Both the position numbers and the translations under genes were made by a program. Under the pieces are notes generated by a model. That model saw only the letters and a list, made by a program, of their open reading frames with translations. It ran no database searches and had not been told where the DNA came from. Shown here in pieces: positions 29,004 through 39,411 of a DNA stretch of 64,000 bases. The stretch comes from Rhodoferax sp. (GTDB taxonomy: Bacteria > Pseudomonadota > Gammaproteobacteria > Burkholderiales > Burkholderiaceae_C). The stretch lies in assembly GCF_010365055.1 (NCBI RefSeq), contig NZ_JAAFHA010000008.1:2750-66749 (forward strand), written 5' to 3'. How positions within the stretch are numbered: the first letter of the stretch is position 1; every line of letters begins with the position of its first letter.

Positions 29004-29872
29004 TTGCCTCCCTGCCTCGCCCGTTGTGGCTGCGCGCCAGCACCGTGATCTACGGCCTGCTGTTCTTTGCCTTTTTGTTTCTGCCCTTGCTGGTGGTGGC
29101 GGTATTTGCCTTCAACGACGCCGCCTACCCGGCGCCGCCGTGGCGCGGCTTCACGCTGGACTGGTTCCTGGGCGGCTTTGACACGGCGCGCCGTGGCCTG
29201 TTTGCCGACAGCGCCATGCTGGGCAGCCTGTGGACCAGCGTCGTGGTGGCGTGTTGGGTCACCATCCTGTCGGTCCTGGTCGGCACCGCCAACGCATTCC
29301 TGATCGAGCGCACGCAGTTTCGCGGCAAGCAAGCTTTGTCTTTATTGATGCTGGCGCCGCTGGTGATACCGGGGGTGATTCTGGGCATCTCGATCCTGGC
29401 GTTTGCCAGCCGCATCGCCAATCTCGCCGATGATGTGTGGGGCCTGGAACTGGAATTCTTGCGCCCGGGTTTGCCGCTGGTGGTGCTGGGGCAGTTCTCC
29501 TACATCGTGTCGATTGCCACGCTGACCATCACGGCGCGGCTGAAACGCTTTGACCTCACGCTGGAAGACGCCGCCTACAACCTGGGCGCCACGCGCGCTG
29601 CAGTCTTTGCCACCATCACCCTGCCCTACCTGCAACCGGCGCTGATTGGGGCAGCCGCCATTTCATTCTTGATGTCGTTCGAGAACTTCAACACCACGCT
29701 AATGCTGGTCGGCTCGGATGCGCCGCTCACGGTCATGATGTACGGGCGCATGCGCGAGGGGGCGACGCCGGTGCTCAACGCGGTGAGTTTGTTTTTGATG
29801 GTGGCTTCGGCGCTGCTGGCTTTGACGTTGTTGCGTGGCAATCCTTCAGCCGAGCCGTCGGCAAAGTCTTGA
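29000..29872 (+). CDS. Polyamine ABC permease (PotC-like)
   Basis: LEDAAYNLGA, SFENF, PVLNAVS. Confidence 0.85.
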   Translation: MIASLPRPLWLRASTVIYGLLFFAFLFLPLLVVAVFAFNDAAYPAPPWRGFTLDWFLGGFDTARRGLFADSAMLGSLWTSVVVACWVTILSVLVGTANAFLIERTQFRGKQALSLLMLAPLVIPGVILGISILAFASRIANLADDVWGLELEFLRPGLPLVVLGQFSYIVSIATLTITARLKRFDLTLEDAAYNLGATRAAVFATITLPYLQPALIGAAAISFLMSFENFNTTLMLVGSDAPLTVMMYGRMREGATPVLNAVSLFLMVASALLALTLLRGNPSAEPSAKS

Positions 29873-29914
29873 ACGGCGCGAACACGCAAGCGCCCGTTCA
29901 CCAGCTGCCAGCAT

Positions 29915-30613
29915 TCAGCGCCCGTCTTCTGACAGCCGACCTTGCACCAGCCGCAATTGCCGCCCGCAACGCGCTGCCAGTGCCTCATCATGGGTAACGA
30001 CGATAAACGCCGTGCCCTGGGTGCGCGCCAGTTCCAGCATCAGCTCAAACACGCCGTCAGCCGTGGCGCGATCCAGATTGCCGGTGGGTTCATCGGCCAG
30101 CACGCAAGCCGGGCGCGTGACTAGCGCCCGGGCAATCGCCACGCGCTGACGCTCGCCACCTGAGAGCTCGGACGGGCGATGCAGCAGGCGATCCTGCAAG
30201 CCAACCTTCACTAGCATTTCAGTAGCTATACGGGAAGATTCTGCGGGGGCCAGGCGTCGAATCCATAAAGGCATGGCGACGTTGTCCAGCGCGCTGAATT
30301 CAGGCAGCAGGTGGTGAAACTGATAGACAAAGCCGAGGTACTGGTTGCGCAGACGCCCTTGCGCAGCGGCGCTCTGATGCGCAAGGTCCTGTCCGTGCAA
30401 GAAGACCGAGCCACTGGTGGGCGCATCGAGCCCGCCCATCAGGTGCAAGAGCGTGCTTTTGCCGGAACCCGATGCCCCGACGATAGCCAGCGTCTCGCCC
30501 GCGCGCACATCCAGGTCCACGCCCTGCAGCACGGTCACATCGAGCCGGCCCTCGGTGAAGCGCTTGGTGATGGCGCGCGCGCTTAAAACAATGTCGCTCT
30601 TAATTTCACTCAT
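29915..30613 (-). CDS. lolD: Lipoprotein-releasing ABC ATPase LolD
   Basis: [42 protein letters not shown]; downstream of lolC/E. Confidence 0.95.
   Translation of the reverse strand: MSEIKSDIVLSARAITKRFTEGRLDVTVLQGVDLDVRAGETLAIVGASGSGKSTLLHLMGGLDAPTSGSVFLHGQDLAHQSAAAQGRLRNQYLGFVYQFHHLLPEFSALDNVAMPLWIRRLAPAESSRIATEMLVKVGLQDRLLHRPSELSGGERQRVAIARALVTRPACVLADEPTGNLDRATADGVFELMLELARTQGTAFIVVTHDEALAARCGRQLRLVQGRLSEDGR
30210..30262 (+). repeat. Dispersed 53-bp motif, degenerate copy inside lolD
   Basis: ACTAG CATTTCA GTAGCT N19 GGGCCAG. Confidence 0.5.
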
Positions 30614-31862
30614 AACGCAAAGCCTCCGCCGGGTTCACCCGGCTGGCGCGCCAACTCGGGTACAGGGTGGCCAGAAAAGCCAGCACCAGGGAAATGACGG
30701 CAATCGGCACGATGTCCGCCTGCTGCGGATCGCTCGGCATGCGGCTGATCAAGTAAATGTCTTTGGGCAAGAAGCTGGCGTGAAACAGCCGCTCCAGCGC
30801 GGGCACGATCACGTCGATGTTGAACGCCACGCCCAGGCCCAGGGCCAGCCCGGCGAAAGTGCCAATCACCCCCACCATCGCGCCCTGCACCACAAAAATC
30901 CCCATGATGCTTCGGGGGCTGGCGCCCAGCGTGCGCAGGATGGCGATGTCGGCGCGCTTGTCGGTGACCGTCATCACCAGCGTACTGACCAGGTTGAAGG
31001 CCGCCACCGCCACGATCAGGGTCAGGATGATGAACATCATGCGTTTTTCCATCTGCACGGCGGCAAACCAGGTGCGGTTCTGGCGTGTCCAGTCGCGGAT
31101 CAACAACTCGCCGCTCAAGGTCTTGGCCAGGTCAGCCGCCACCTCGCGCGCCTGGTGCAAATCGCGCAGCTTGACCCGCACGCCACTGGGGCCCTCCAAA
31201 CGGAAGATGCGCGCCGCATCTTCAATGTGCATCAGCACCAGCGCCGAATCGTATTCAAAATGCCCGGAGTCGAACGTGCCCACCACCGTCATCTGCTTAA
31301 GGCGCGGCACGACACCGGCCGGGGTCACCTGGCCACTGGGCGCGACCAGCGTCACCTTGTCGCCCTGGCTCACCCCCAGGGAACGTGCTAGTTCGCCGCC
31401 CAGCACGACACCAAATTCACCGGGGATCAGGCGGTTCAAGCCGGTGTTCTTGAGCTCGATGGCGAGGTCGGTCACTTCGGGCTCCAGCCTCGGCTCAATG
31501 CCCCGGACCATCGTGCCTTTCATGTCCTCACCCCGCGCCAGCAGGGCTTGCGTAGCTATAAAAGGTGCTGCACCAATCACCTGCGGATGGGCCCGCACCT
31601 GACTCAGTGTGAGGGCCACATCGGGCAAGGCCGCGCCATTGGGCGCCAAAATTTCAATGTGCGACACCACGCCCAGCATGCGATCGCGCACCTCTTTCTG
31701 AAAACCGTTCATCACGCTCAACACGATGATCAGTGCCGCCACGCCCAGCGCAATGCCCAGCATGGAGACGCCCGAGATGAACGAGATAAAACCGTTGCGC
31801 CGGGTCGCGCGGCCAGCGCGCGTATAGCGCCAGCCAAGAATGAGCTCATAAGGGAGTTGCAT
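30606..31862 (-). CDS. lolC: Lipoprotein-releasing permease LolC/E
   Basis: [56 protein letters not shown]. Confidence 0.92.
   Translation of the reverse strand: MQLPYELILGWRYTRAGRATRRNGFISFISGVSMLGIALGVAALIIVLSVMNGFQKEVRDRMLGVVSHIEILAPNGAALPDVALTLSQVRAHPQVIGAAPFIATQALLARGEDMKGTMVRGIEPRLEPEVTDLAIELKNTGLNRLIPGEFGVVLGGELARSLGVSQGDKVTLVAPSGQVTPAGVVPRLKQMTVVGTFDSGHFEYDSALVLMHIEDAARIFRLEGPSGVRVKLRDLHQAREVAADLAKTLSGELLIRDWTRQNRTWFAAVQMEKRMMFIILTLIVAVAAFNLVSTLVMTVTDKRADIAILRTLGASPRSIMGIFVVQGAMVGVIGTFAGLALGLGVAFNIDVIVPALERLFHASFLPKDIYLISRMPSDPQQADIVPIAVISLVLAFLATLYPSWRASRVNPAEALRYE
31519..31571 (-). repeat. Dispersed 53-bp motif, degenerate copy inside lolC/E
   Basis: GCAGC ACCTTTT ATAGCT N19 GGGGTGA. 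Confidence 0.4.
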
Positions 31863-31948
31863 GGACCGCCAAAGTTGAAAACAGGGGGCATTGTGGCATT
31901 GACACCCCTCCGCCTGAGTTGCAGCCACAATTCCCGGACAATCAAGCC

Positions 31949-32896
31949 ATGCACCTTTTGATCCCCTTCGCCTTTTGCAGTTCCGAGGGCTGCCGCCTGG
32001 CCCTGGCGCCGCTCAAACTCCCGAATCTTGAAAAACTGCTGCGCCGCCTGACACCGCAGCCGCTGGACAGCGGCGACGAGTCCAGCCTGTCGCCACCGCA
32101 TGAACGCGCTTTGGCGAGCGCGCTGGGTCTGCCGACTCAGGACGGCTTGATTCCCTGGGCGGGGCTGCAGGCGCAAACCACCCTGGCCACGCCCGAAGCC
32201 AGCAAGGCCTGGGCCTTCATCACCCCTTGCCATTGGCGCACCGGCGCCAAGCATGTCGCCATGGGCGAGGCGACGCTGCCCGAATTTGCGGCGCAGGAAT
32301 CTACTGCCTTGCTGGCAGCCATGCAGCCCTATTTTTCTGAAGACGGCATCAGCTTGCACTATGACCAGCCCGGACGTTGGCTGGCCTGCGGCGACGTGTT
32401 CAAAGGCCTGGCCACCGCGTCCCTGGACCGCGTGGCCGGGCGCGACGTGGCGCACTGGCTGCCCGGCAGCAGCCGCGCCATTCCCCTGCAACGCCTGCAA
32501 AGTGAAATGCAGATGCTGCTCTACCACCACCCGGTCAACGACGCCCGCGCAGCCCGCGGCGTGCCAACTGTCAACTCGTTCTGGATCAGCGGCACCGGCG
32601 CCTTGCCTGAATTGCCGCAGCCAGCTGGCACAGCGGCGCAGCCGGTGGTCGTGAGCACTTTGCGTGACGCTGCGTTAAGTGAAAACTGGCCCGCCTGGGC
32701 GCAAGCCTGGCAAGCGCTGGATGCGACCGAGTGCGCCGCGCTGTTGACCACCTTGAGTCAGGGCGGCAGCTTTGAGCTGACCCTCTGTGGCGAACGCAGT
32801 GCCCAGACCTTCACGGCCAAGCCAGCCTCGGTTCTGAGGAAAGTTTTAAGGCTTTTTGGCTCCCAGCCCCCGTCCATATTGCTTGAGCAGCTATGA
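31949..32896 (+). CDS. Conserved hypothetical protein upstream of recJ (phosphoglycerate-mutase-like)
   Basis: LQSEMQMLLYHHPVN..R..RG...VNSFW; translationally coupled to recJ. Confidence 0.7.
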   Translation: MHLLIPFAFCSSEGCRLALAPLKLPNLEKLLRRLTPQPLDSGDESSLSPPHERALASALGLPTQDGLIPWAGLQAQTTLATPEASKAWAFITPCHWRTGAKHVAMGEATLPEFAAQESTALLAAMQPYFSEDGISLHYDQPGRWLACGDVFKGLATASLDRVAGRDVAHWLPGSSRAIPLQRLQSEMQMLLYHHPVNDARAARGVPTVNSFWISGTGALPELPQPAGTAAQPVVVSTLRDAALSENWPAWAQAWQALDATECAALLTTLSQGGSFELTLCGERSAQTFTAKPASVLRKVLRLFGSQPPSILLEQL

Positions 32897-32906
32897 AAAT
32901 ATTAGT
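32854..32906 (-). repeat. Dispersed 53-bp motif, copy spanning the hypothetical gene/recJ junction
   Basis: ACTAA TATTTTC ATAGCT N19 GGGCTGG GAGCC AAAA. Confidence 0.8.
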
Positions 32907-34617
32907 TCGTGAGATTCCGCCCCGTTCTGCCTGGACGCTGGAACAGGCCGGCATCCACCCGCTGCTGGCCCAGCTTTATGCAGCGCGCGGCGTGCAAAGT
33001 GCGCAGCAGCTCGACGACGGCCTGGCGCGCCTGATTGCCCCAAACGAAATGCTGGGTTTGAGTGCGGCCGCTCGTCTGCTGGCCGACGCGATTGCGGCTG
33101 ACAAGAAGCTCTGCATCGTCGCCGACTACGACTGCGACGGCGCCACCGCCTGCGCCGTCGGCATTCGCGGCTTGCGCCTGCTCGGCGCCAAGCACGTCAG
33201 CTACATCGTGCCCGACCGCGTGGTCGATGGCTATGGCCTGACGCCGCCGATCTCCGAGCGCGTCAAGGCCAGCGGCGCTGACGTGCTGATCACGGTCGAT
33301 AACGGCATCGCCAGTTTTGAAGGTGTCGCCACCGCGCGTGCCCTGGGTTTGCAGGTGCTGGTGACGGACCACCATTTGCCCGCCAGCCAGGATGGCCGGA
33401 TCGTGCTGCCCGAAGCGGACGTGATCGTGAATCCGAATCAACCCGGCTGCACGTTCGAGAGCAAGTCCATCGCTGGTGTCGGCGTGATGTTTTACGTGTT
33501 GCTGGCGCTGCGCGCCGAGTTGCGGCAACGTGGCATGTTCAATGCTGCCACGCAACCGAAACTCGATGCCCTGCTGCCGCTGGTGGCGCTGGGCACGGTG
33601 GCCGATGTCGTCAAGCTCGATGCGAACAACCGCCGCCTCGTGGCCCAAGGGCTAAAAAGGGTGCGAGCCCTTATGTTACCTACCGGACTAGCTAGTCTTT
33701 TTGTAGCAGCCGGGCGTGACGCCAAAGTCGCCACCACCTTCGACTTTGGCTTTGCCCTGGGGCCGCGCATCAACGCCGCCGGGCGCTTGTCCGACATGAC
33801 CTTGGGCATTGAATGTCTGCTGACGGACGATGCAGCGCGAGGCGCGGAACTGGCCAAGGCACTCGACGGCATCAACCGCGAGCGCCGTGAGATTGAAGGC
33901 AGCATGCGCGAACAGGCGTTTGCCGTGGCCGAATCCTTGTTTGACGACAACGAGGAGCCACCACCGGCCATCTGCGTCTTCGATGCGGACTTTCACGAAG
34001 GCGTGGTGGGCATCGTGGCCTCGCGCATCAAGGACAAGCTGCATCGCCCGACTTTTGTTTTTGCGGCCAGTGGGGCGCCAGGGCGCGAGCATGAACTCAA
34101 AGGCTCGGGCCGCTCCATCCCCGGCTTTCATTTGCGTGACGCGCTTGATCTGGTGGCCAAGCGCCACCCCGGCGTGCTGCTGCGTTTTGGCGGCCACGCC
34201 ATGGCGGCCGGTTGCACCATTGCCGAAGAAAACCTGGCCACCTTTGAGCAGGGCCTGAGCCTGGTGGCGCAAGAGTGGCTGGATGCCGCCACCTTGCTGC
34301 GCCGCCTGGAGACCGACGGCCCGCTCAAACCCGAGTACCGCCGGGTCGAACTGGTGGATGTGCTGCACCAAGAGGTGTGGGGCCAGGGCTTTGCGCCGCC
34401 GACCTTCAGCGAAGAAGTCGACGTGCTGTCGCAGCGCCTGGTGGGTGAAAAGCACCTGGCGCTCAAGCTCAAGCACCAAGGTCAACCGGTGGACGGCATC
34501 TGGTTTGGCCACACCGAGCCGCTACCGGCCCGCGTCAAGCTTGCGTTCCGGCTGGATGCCGATGCCTGGAACGGCGTGCGCCGGGTGCGGTTTTTGGTCG
34601 AGGCGGCAGAGCTGTAA
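32893..34617 (+). CDS. recJ: ssDNA exonuclease RecJ
   Basis: ADYDCDG, ITVDNGI, TDHH, LGTVAD, GPRINAAGRL, KGSGRS, FGGHAMAAG. Confidence 0.97.
   Translation: MKILVREIPPRSAWTLEQAGIHPLLAQLYAARGVQSAQQLDDGLARLIAPNEMLGLSAAARLLADAIAADKKLCIVADYDCDGATACAVGIRGLRLLGAKHVSYIVPDRVVDGYGLTPPISERVKASGADVLITVDNGIASFEGVATARALGLQVLVTDHHLPASQDGRIVLPEADVIVNPNQPGCTFESKSIAGVGVMFYVLLALRAELRQRGMFNAATQPKLDALLPLVALGTVADVVKLDANNRRLVAQGLKRVRALMLPTGLASLFVAAGRDAKVATTFDFGFALGPRINAAGRLSDMTLGIECLLTDDAARGAELAKALDGINRERREIEGSMREQAFAVAESLFDDNEEPPPAICVFDADFHEGVVGIVASRIKDKLHRPTFVFAASGAPGREHELKGSGRSIPGFHLRDALDLVAKRHPGVLLRFGGHAMAAGCTIAEENLATFEQGLSLVAQEWLDAATLLRRLETDGPLKPEYRRVELVDVLHQEVWGQGFAPPTFSEEVDVLSQRLVGEKHLALKLKHQGQPVDGIWFGHTEPLPARVKLAFRLDADAWNGVRRVRFLVEAAEL
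33655..33707 (-). repeat. Dispersed 53-bp motif, copy inside recJ
   Basis: GCTAC AAAAAGA CTAGCT N19 GGGCTCG CACCC TTTT. Confidence 0.8.
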
Positions 34618-34635
34618 GAGCCGACCTATGCGAAA

Positions 34636-35544
34636 ATGTTTGCCGTGACAGCCCCTATCAACGCCGACCTCCATTCCCATTCCACCGTCTCCGATGGCAC
34701 GCTGACGCCGGAAGAACTGGCCGCACGCGCCAAAGCCAACGGGGTGGAGTTGTGGGCGCTCACCGACCACGATGAAGTCGGCGGTCAGGCACGCGCCGCA
34801 GCGGCAGCCAAGGCCTTGGGCATGGGCCACCTCACCGGGGTCGAGATTTCGGTCAGTTTTCTGCACCAGACCGTCCACATAGTGGGTTTGGGTTTTGATG
34901 CCGACAACGCGGCCCTGGTCAACGGCTTGCGCCAAACCCGGGGTGGACGCGAACAGCGCGCCAGGGAAATGGCCTTGGGCCTGGCAAAAGTCGGCGTTCA
35001 CGGCGCTTTTGAGGGTGCGCTCAAGTACGCCGGCAATCGTGACCTGATTTCTCGCACCCACTTTGCCCGTTTTTTGGTGGAATCTGGCGTCTGCCGCGAC
35101 ACCCATGAGGTGTTTCGCAAGTACCTGACCGAAGGCAAGCCCGGTTTTGTCGAACACCGTTGGGCCAGCCTGAAAGACGCTGTAACCTGGATCACGCAGG
35201 CCGGCGGCCTGGCCGTGATTGCCCACCCGGCGCGCTACAAATTCTCTGCCAATGAAGAGTTTGCCCTGTTTGCCGAATTCAAGGGGCACGGCGGGCGCGG
35301 CGTCGAAGTGGTCACCGGCAGCCACACGGCGGCCGAATACATCAGCTACGCCGACACCGCGCGCGAATTTGGCCTGGCAGCCTCGCGCGGCAGCGACTTT
35401 CACAGCCCCGACGAGAGCCACACCGAGATCGGCACGCTGCCATCTTTGCCGGCTGCACTGACGCCGGTTTGGGAATTGCTGGTCGACCGGATTCAGGTCG
35501 CCGCTCACCCGAGCCTGGGGGCCGTCGCCCCCGCAATTCATTAG
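34636..35544 (+). CDS. PHP-domain phosphatase (YciV/TrpH-like)
   Basis: DLHSHSTVSDG, LTDHD, GVEIS, IAHP, GSDFH. Confidence 0.88.
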   Translation: MFAVTAPINADLHSHSTVSDGTLTPEELAARAKANGVELWALTDHDEVGGQARAAAAAKALGMGHLTGVEISVSFLHQTVHIVGLGFDADNAALVNGLRQTRGGREQRAREMALGLAKVGVHGAFEGALKYAGNRDLISRTHFARFLVESGVCRDTHEVFRKYLTEGKPGFVEHRWASLKDAVTWITQAGGLAVIAHPARYKFSANEEFALFAEFKGHGGRGVEVVTGSHTAAEYISYADTAREFGLAASRGSDFHSPDESHTEIGTLPSLPAALTPVWELLVDRIQVAAHPSLGAVAPAIH

Positions 35545-35551
35545 CCCCGCC

Positions 35552-36454
35552 ATGGCAATCTGGCGCACCCAGCAAGCGGCTGGCATTGCTTTGATTGTGC
35601 TGGCCACGCTGGCCTTCGCCATCCTCGACACTGTCACCAAATACATTGTCACGCTGGTACCGCTACTGATGCTGCTCTGGTTTCGCTACGCGTTTCAGGC
35701 GGTGCTGACGTTTGTCCTTCGTTTTCCGATCCAGAAGGGCCGCTTGTTCAGCACCCCGAATCCGCGCTTTCAGGCGCTGCGCGGGGTGTTGTTGCTGATC
35801 ACCAGCGCCTGCGCGTTTTTTGGATTGCGTTATTTGCCAGTGGGTGAGTTCACCGCCATGGTGATGTTGTCGCCGCTGGCCGCCACCGCCATGGCGGCCT
35901 GGGTGCTGAAAGACCACGTTTCACACCGGCGCTGGTTGTTGATGGCCGCCGGTCTGGCCGGGGTCTTGCTGGTGGTTCGCCCCGGCGGCCAGGTTTTCAG
36001 CTGGGCTCTGCTGTTTCCGGTGCTGCTGGTGACCACCTACGGTTGGTTTCAGGTGCTCACCAGCCGCTTGAGCGGCGAGGAAAACCCCTACACCACGCAC
36101 TTTTACACCGGTCTGGCGGGTGCGGCTGTCATGAGCCCGATTGTGGTTTTCAATTGGAGCACCGTCGCCCTGCTGACCTATTGGCCGTGGTTTGTGCTCG
36201 TCGGATTTTTGGGCACTTTTGGCCACTTGATGTTGATTCGGGCCTATGCCCGCGCCTCGGCCCCGGTGCTCACGCCCTACTTGTATTCCCAAATCGCCTT
36301 CGCCACCCTGGCGGGCTGGCTGGTGTTCAAGCATGTGCCTGACGCGCTGGCCTGGCTGGGCATTGCCGTGATTGCGGCCAGCGGCGTGGGCAATGCGTTG
36401 TTGTCATCGCACGAGGTGGCCAAGCTGCGCCGCGCGGTCGCCCCTGCGGCCTGA
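35552..36454 (+). CDS. EamA/DMT family transporter
   Basis: About 10 TM helices in two repeats. Confidence 0.85.
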   Translation: MAIWRTQQAAGIALIVLATLAFAILDTVTKYIVTLVPLLMLLWFRYAFQAVLTFVLRFPIQKGRLFSTPNPRFQALRGVLLLITSACAFFGLRYLPVGEFTAMVMLSPLAATAMAAWVLKDHVSHRRWLLMAAGLAGVLLVVRPGGQVFSWALLFPVLLVTTYGWFQVLTSRLSGEENPYTTHFYTGLAGAAVMSPIVVFNWSTVALLTYWPWFVLVGFLGTFGHLMLIRAYARASAPVLTPYLYSQIAFATLAGWLVFKHVPDALAWLGIAVIAASGVGNALLSSHEVAKLRRAVAPAA

Positions 36455-36512
36455 GCCGTGTTCTCCCCCGCGTTGCGGTTCTGACTGACCCAACTTCACC
36501 GACAATACGCCC

Positions 36513-37136
36513 ATGCCTCAACTGTTTGAAGTTCACCCTGTCAACCCGCAACCCCGCTTGCTCAAGCAGGCCATTGCCCTGCTCGACCAGGGCGACATCC
36601 TGGCGGTGCCGACCGACTCCAGCTACGCCTTGGTTTGCCATCTGGACGACAAGGCGGCGGCCGACAAGCTGCGCCGCATCCGCGGCGTGGACGACAAACA
36701 CCACCTCACGCTGCTGTGCCGCGACCTCTCGGAATTGGCCAACTACGCGCAGGTGGACAACCAGCAGTTTCGGCGCATCAAGTCAGCCACACCCGGACCT
36801 TACACCTTCATTCTGCAAGCCAGCAAGGAAGTGCCACGTCGCCTGAGCCACCCGTCACGCAAGACCATTGGCCTGCGCGTGCCCGAGCACAAGGTCTTGC
36901 AGGCGCTGCTGGAGCTGCACCACGGCCCACTGTTGGCGACCACCTTGATCCCGCCGGGTGAAACCGAGCCCATCAACGACGCACAGGAAATCAGTGTGCG
37001 CTACAAAAGCCAGATTGCAGCCGTGATTGACGCCGGTGCCTGTCCCCGGGAACCGACCACGGTCGTCGATCTCACCGAGTCCGAGCCCGTCGTTATTCGC
37101 CAGGGCAGAGGCTCGCTGGCCGCCCTCGGCCTGTAA
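36513..37136 (+). CDS. yciO: Sua5/YciO/YrdC family protein
   Basis: PTDSSYAL, TPGPYTFIL, RKTIGLRVP, PTTVVDL. Confidence 0.85.
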   Translation: MPQLFEVHPVNPQPRLLKQAIALLDQGDILAVPTDSSYALVCHLDDKAAADKLRRIRGVDDKHHLTLLCRDLSELANYAQVDNQQFRRIKSATPGPYTFILQASKEVPRRLSHPSRKTIGLRVPEHKVLQALLELHHGPLLATTLIPPGETEPINDAQEISVRYKSQIAAVIDAGACPREPTTVVDLTESEPVVIRQGRGSLAALGL

Positions 37137-37168
37137 GCCGCTGATCACCCCCATTAGATATTGACCCC

Positions 37169-37837
37169 ATGGATATTGCCAACCTGATTCAGACCGTTGC
37201 CCTGTACGCGCTGCCGGTGCTGTTCGCCATCACGGTGCACGAGGCTGCGCACGGCTACGTCGCCCGCCATTTTGGCGACAACACGGCCTACATGCTGGGG
37301 CGCGTCACGCTCAACCCGCTCAAGCACATCGACCCCGTGGGCACAATCTTGATGCCGCTCTTGTTGTACTTTGCCACCTCGGGCGCCTTCTTGTTTGGCT
37401 ATGCCAAACCGGTGCCCGTCAACTTTGGCAAATTGCGCGAGCCTAAGCGCCAGATGATCTGGGTGGCGCTGGCCGGGCCGGGCGTCAATTTCATTCAGGC
37501 CTTTCTGTGGGGCGCGCTGTTCTATGTACTCAAAGGCACAGGCGTCACCGAGCCCTTTTTTATCAAGATGGCGCAAGGCGGCATTCTGGTCAATCTGGTG
37601 ATGTTTGCCTTCAACCTGTTCCCGCTCCCGCCGCTGGACGGCGGGCGTATTCTGGTCGGCTTGCTGCCCTATCGCCAGGCCGAACTGGTCTCGCGGGTAG
37701 AGCCCTGGGGCTTTTTCATTGTGATGGCACTGGTGATTTCAGGCATCGTCAGCACACTCTGGCTGCAACCCTTGATGAGGCTAAGCTACTTCGTACTTGA
37801 CATCTTGCTCAGCCCGATTTCCATGATTTTTGGCTAG
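37169..37837 (+). CDS. Site-2 protease (M50) family membrane peptidase
   Basis: HEAAHG and NLFPLPPLDGG. Confidence 0.9.
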   Translation: MDIANLIQTVALYALPVLFAITVHEAAHGYVARHFGDNTAYMLGRVTLNPLKHIDPVGTILMPLLLYFATSGAFLFGYAKPVPVNFGKLREPKRQMIWVALAGPGVNFIQAFLWGALFYVLKGTGVTEPFFIKMAQGGILVNLVMFAFNLFPLPPLDGGRILVGLLPYRQAELVSRVEPWGFFIVMALVISGIVSTLWLQPLMRLSYFVLDILLSPISMIFG

Positions 37838-37870
37838 CCTGCCGCCTTTTTTTTCCCACAAATTTCCCTT

Positions 37871-39169
37871 ATGAGTTCCACGCGTTTTCTGACTGGTATC
37901 ACCACCTCCGGCACCCCCCACCTCGGCAATTATGTCGGCTCCATTCGGCCCTCAGTGCGGGCCAGTCTCAGGGCAGATGTGGAAAGCTTTTATTTTCTGG
38001 CCGACTACCACGCGCTGATCAAGATTGACGAACCAGAGCGCATCCAGCGCTCCACGCTGGAAATAGCCGCCAGTTGGCTGGCCGCCGGGCTAGACCCCGA
38101 GCGCGTCATTTTCTATCGCCAGTCCGATGTCCCCGAAATCCCGGAACTGACTTGGCTGTTGACCTGCGTCATTGGCAAGGGCGTACTGAACCGGGCGCAC
38201 GCCTACAAGGCGGCGGTGGACAAAAATGCCGCAGCCGGTGCTGACCCCGACTCGGACGTGAGCGCGGGTCTCTTCATGTATCCGGTGCTGATGGGCGCCG
38301 ACATCTTGATGTTCAACGCGCACAAAGTGCCGGTCGGTCGCGACCAAGTGCAGCACATCGAGATGGCGCGCGACATGGCGTACAGCTTCAACCACCGCTA
38401 TGGCGATCACTTTGTGCCGCCCGAAGCCGAAATTGAGGACAACGTCGCCACCCTGCCCGGGCTGGACGGGCGCAAGATGAGCAAAAGCTACGACAACACC
38501 ATCCCCTTGTTTGCGCCGCGCGCGCAGCTCAAAAAACTCATTGCCAGCATCGTAACCGACTCGCGCGCACCCGGTGAGGCCAAGGACCCCGAAAGCTCTG
38601 CGCTGTTCCAGATTTACCAGGCCTTTGCCACGCAAGAGGAAAGCAGCACGCTGCGCCAGGCCTATGCCGATGGCATTGCGTGGAGCGACGCCAAACAGAT
38701 TGTGTTTGAGCGCATTGACGACGAAATAGCGCCGCTGCGCGAGGTCTATCAAGCGCTGCTGGATGACCCCGCCCGAATCGAGACCATCCTGCTCGCGGGC
38801 GCGGCCAAGGCCCGTCACATTGCCACCCCCTTTATGGGTCGTTTGCGTCAGGCTGTGGGCTTGCGTGACCTGCGCACGCAAAGCAGCAAAACCGCCAAGT
38901 CCGTCAAATCCGCCTTGCCGGTTTTCAAACAGTACCGCGAAAACGACGGTCAGTTTTACTTCAAACTGTTGGATACGGACGGCCGTTTGCTGCTGCAAAG
39001 TACGGGCTTTGCTTCACCCAAAGTGGCAGGCCAAACCATTGCCATGCTACAGACCCAAGGTGCGAGCGCCTTGACTGAACTGAAAGACCGGTTGCAATGC
39101 GGCTTGGACGTGCAAACCCAGGACATTGATACTGCCCTGCAAGCCTTGCTGGATGCCAAAACCAAATAA
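37871..39169 (+). CDS. trpS: Tryptophanyl-tRNA synthetase with C-terminal DUF1508/YegP-like extension
   Basis: HLGN (HIGH), [21 protein letters not shown]. Confidence 0.95.
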   Translation: MSSTRFLTGITTSGTPHLGNYVGSIRPSVRASLRADVESFYFLADYHALIKIDEPERIQRSTLEIAASWLAAGLDPERVIFYRQSDVPEIPELTWLLTCVIGKGVLNRAHAYKAAVDKNAAAGADPDSDVSAGLFMYPVLMGADILMFNAHKVPVGRDQVQHIEMARDMAYSFNHRYGDHFVPPEAEIEDNVATLPGLDGRKMSKSYDNTIPLFAPRAQLKKLIASIVTDSRAPGEAKDPESSALFQIYQAFATQEESSTLRQAYADGIAWSDAKQIVFERIDDEIAPLREVYQALLDDPARIETILLAGAAKARHIATPFMGRLRQAVGLRDLRTQSSKTAKSVKSALPVFKQYRENDGQFYFKLLDTDGRLLLQSTGFASPKVAGQTIAMLQTQGASALTELKDRLQCGLDVQTQDIDTALQALLDAKTK

Positions 39170-39212
39170 ATGACAGTCGGGGCCACTGCTACAATCCAAT
39201 GCTTGAGTCGCA

Positions 39213-39300
<88 letters not shown>

Positions 39301-39308
39301 AAAAAAGC

Positions 39309-39349
39309 AAAGCTCTTTCACTAAATAGAAATAGTGAAAGAGCTTTTTT
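39309..39349. terminator. Bidirectional terminator between the tRNA and the DGC gene
   Basis: 15-bp stem AAAGCTCTTTCACTA/TAGTGAAAGAGCTTT with A/T runs on both sides. Confidence 0.85.
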
Positions 39350-39411
39350 CATTGACAGGTTCCTGCCACCAAGCCGCGCAGCGAGCTCATACCTCAAGGT
39401 CAATTGTCGGG

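Noticed and set aside
38051-38100. Extra copy of the 53-bp motif in trpS (ATAGCC...GGGCTAG)
   Set aside because: The spacing is 18 rather than 19 nt and the GCTAY box is missing.
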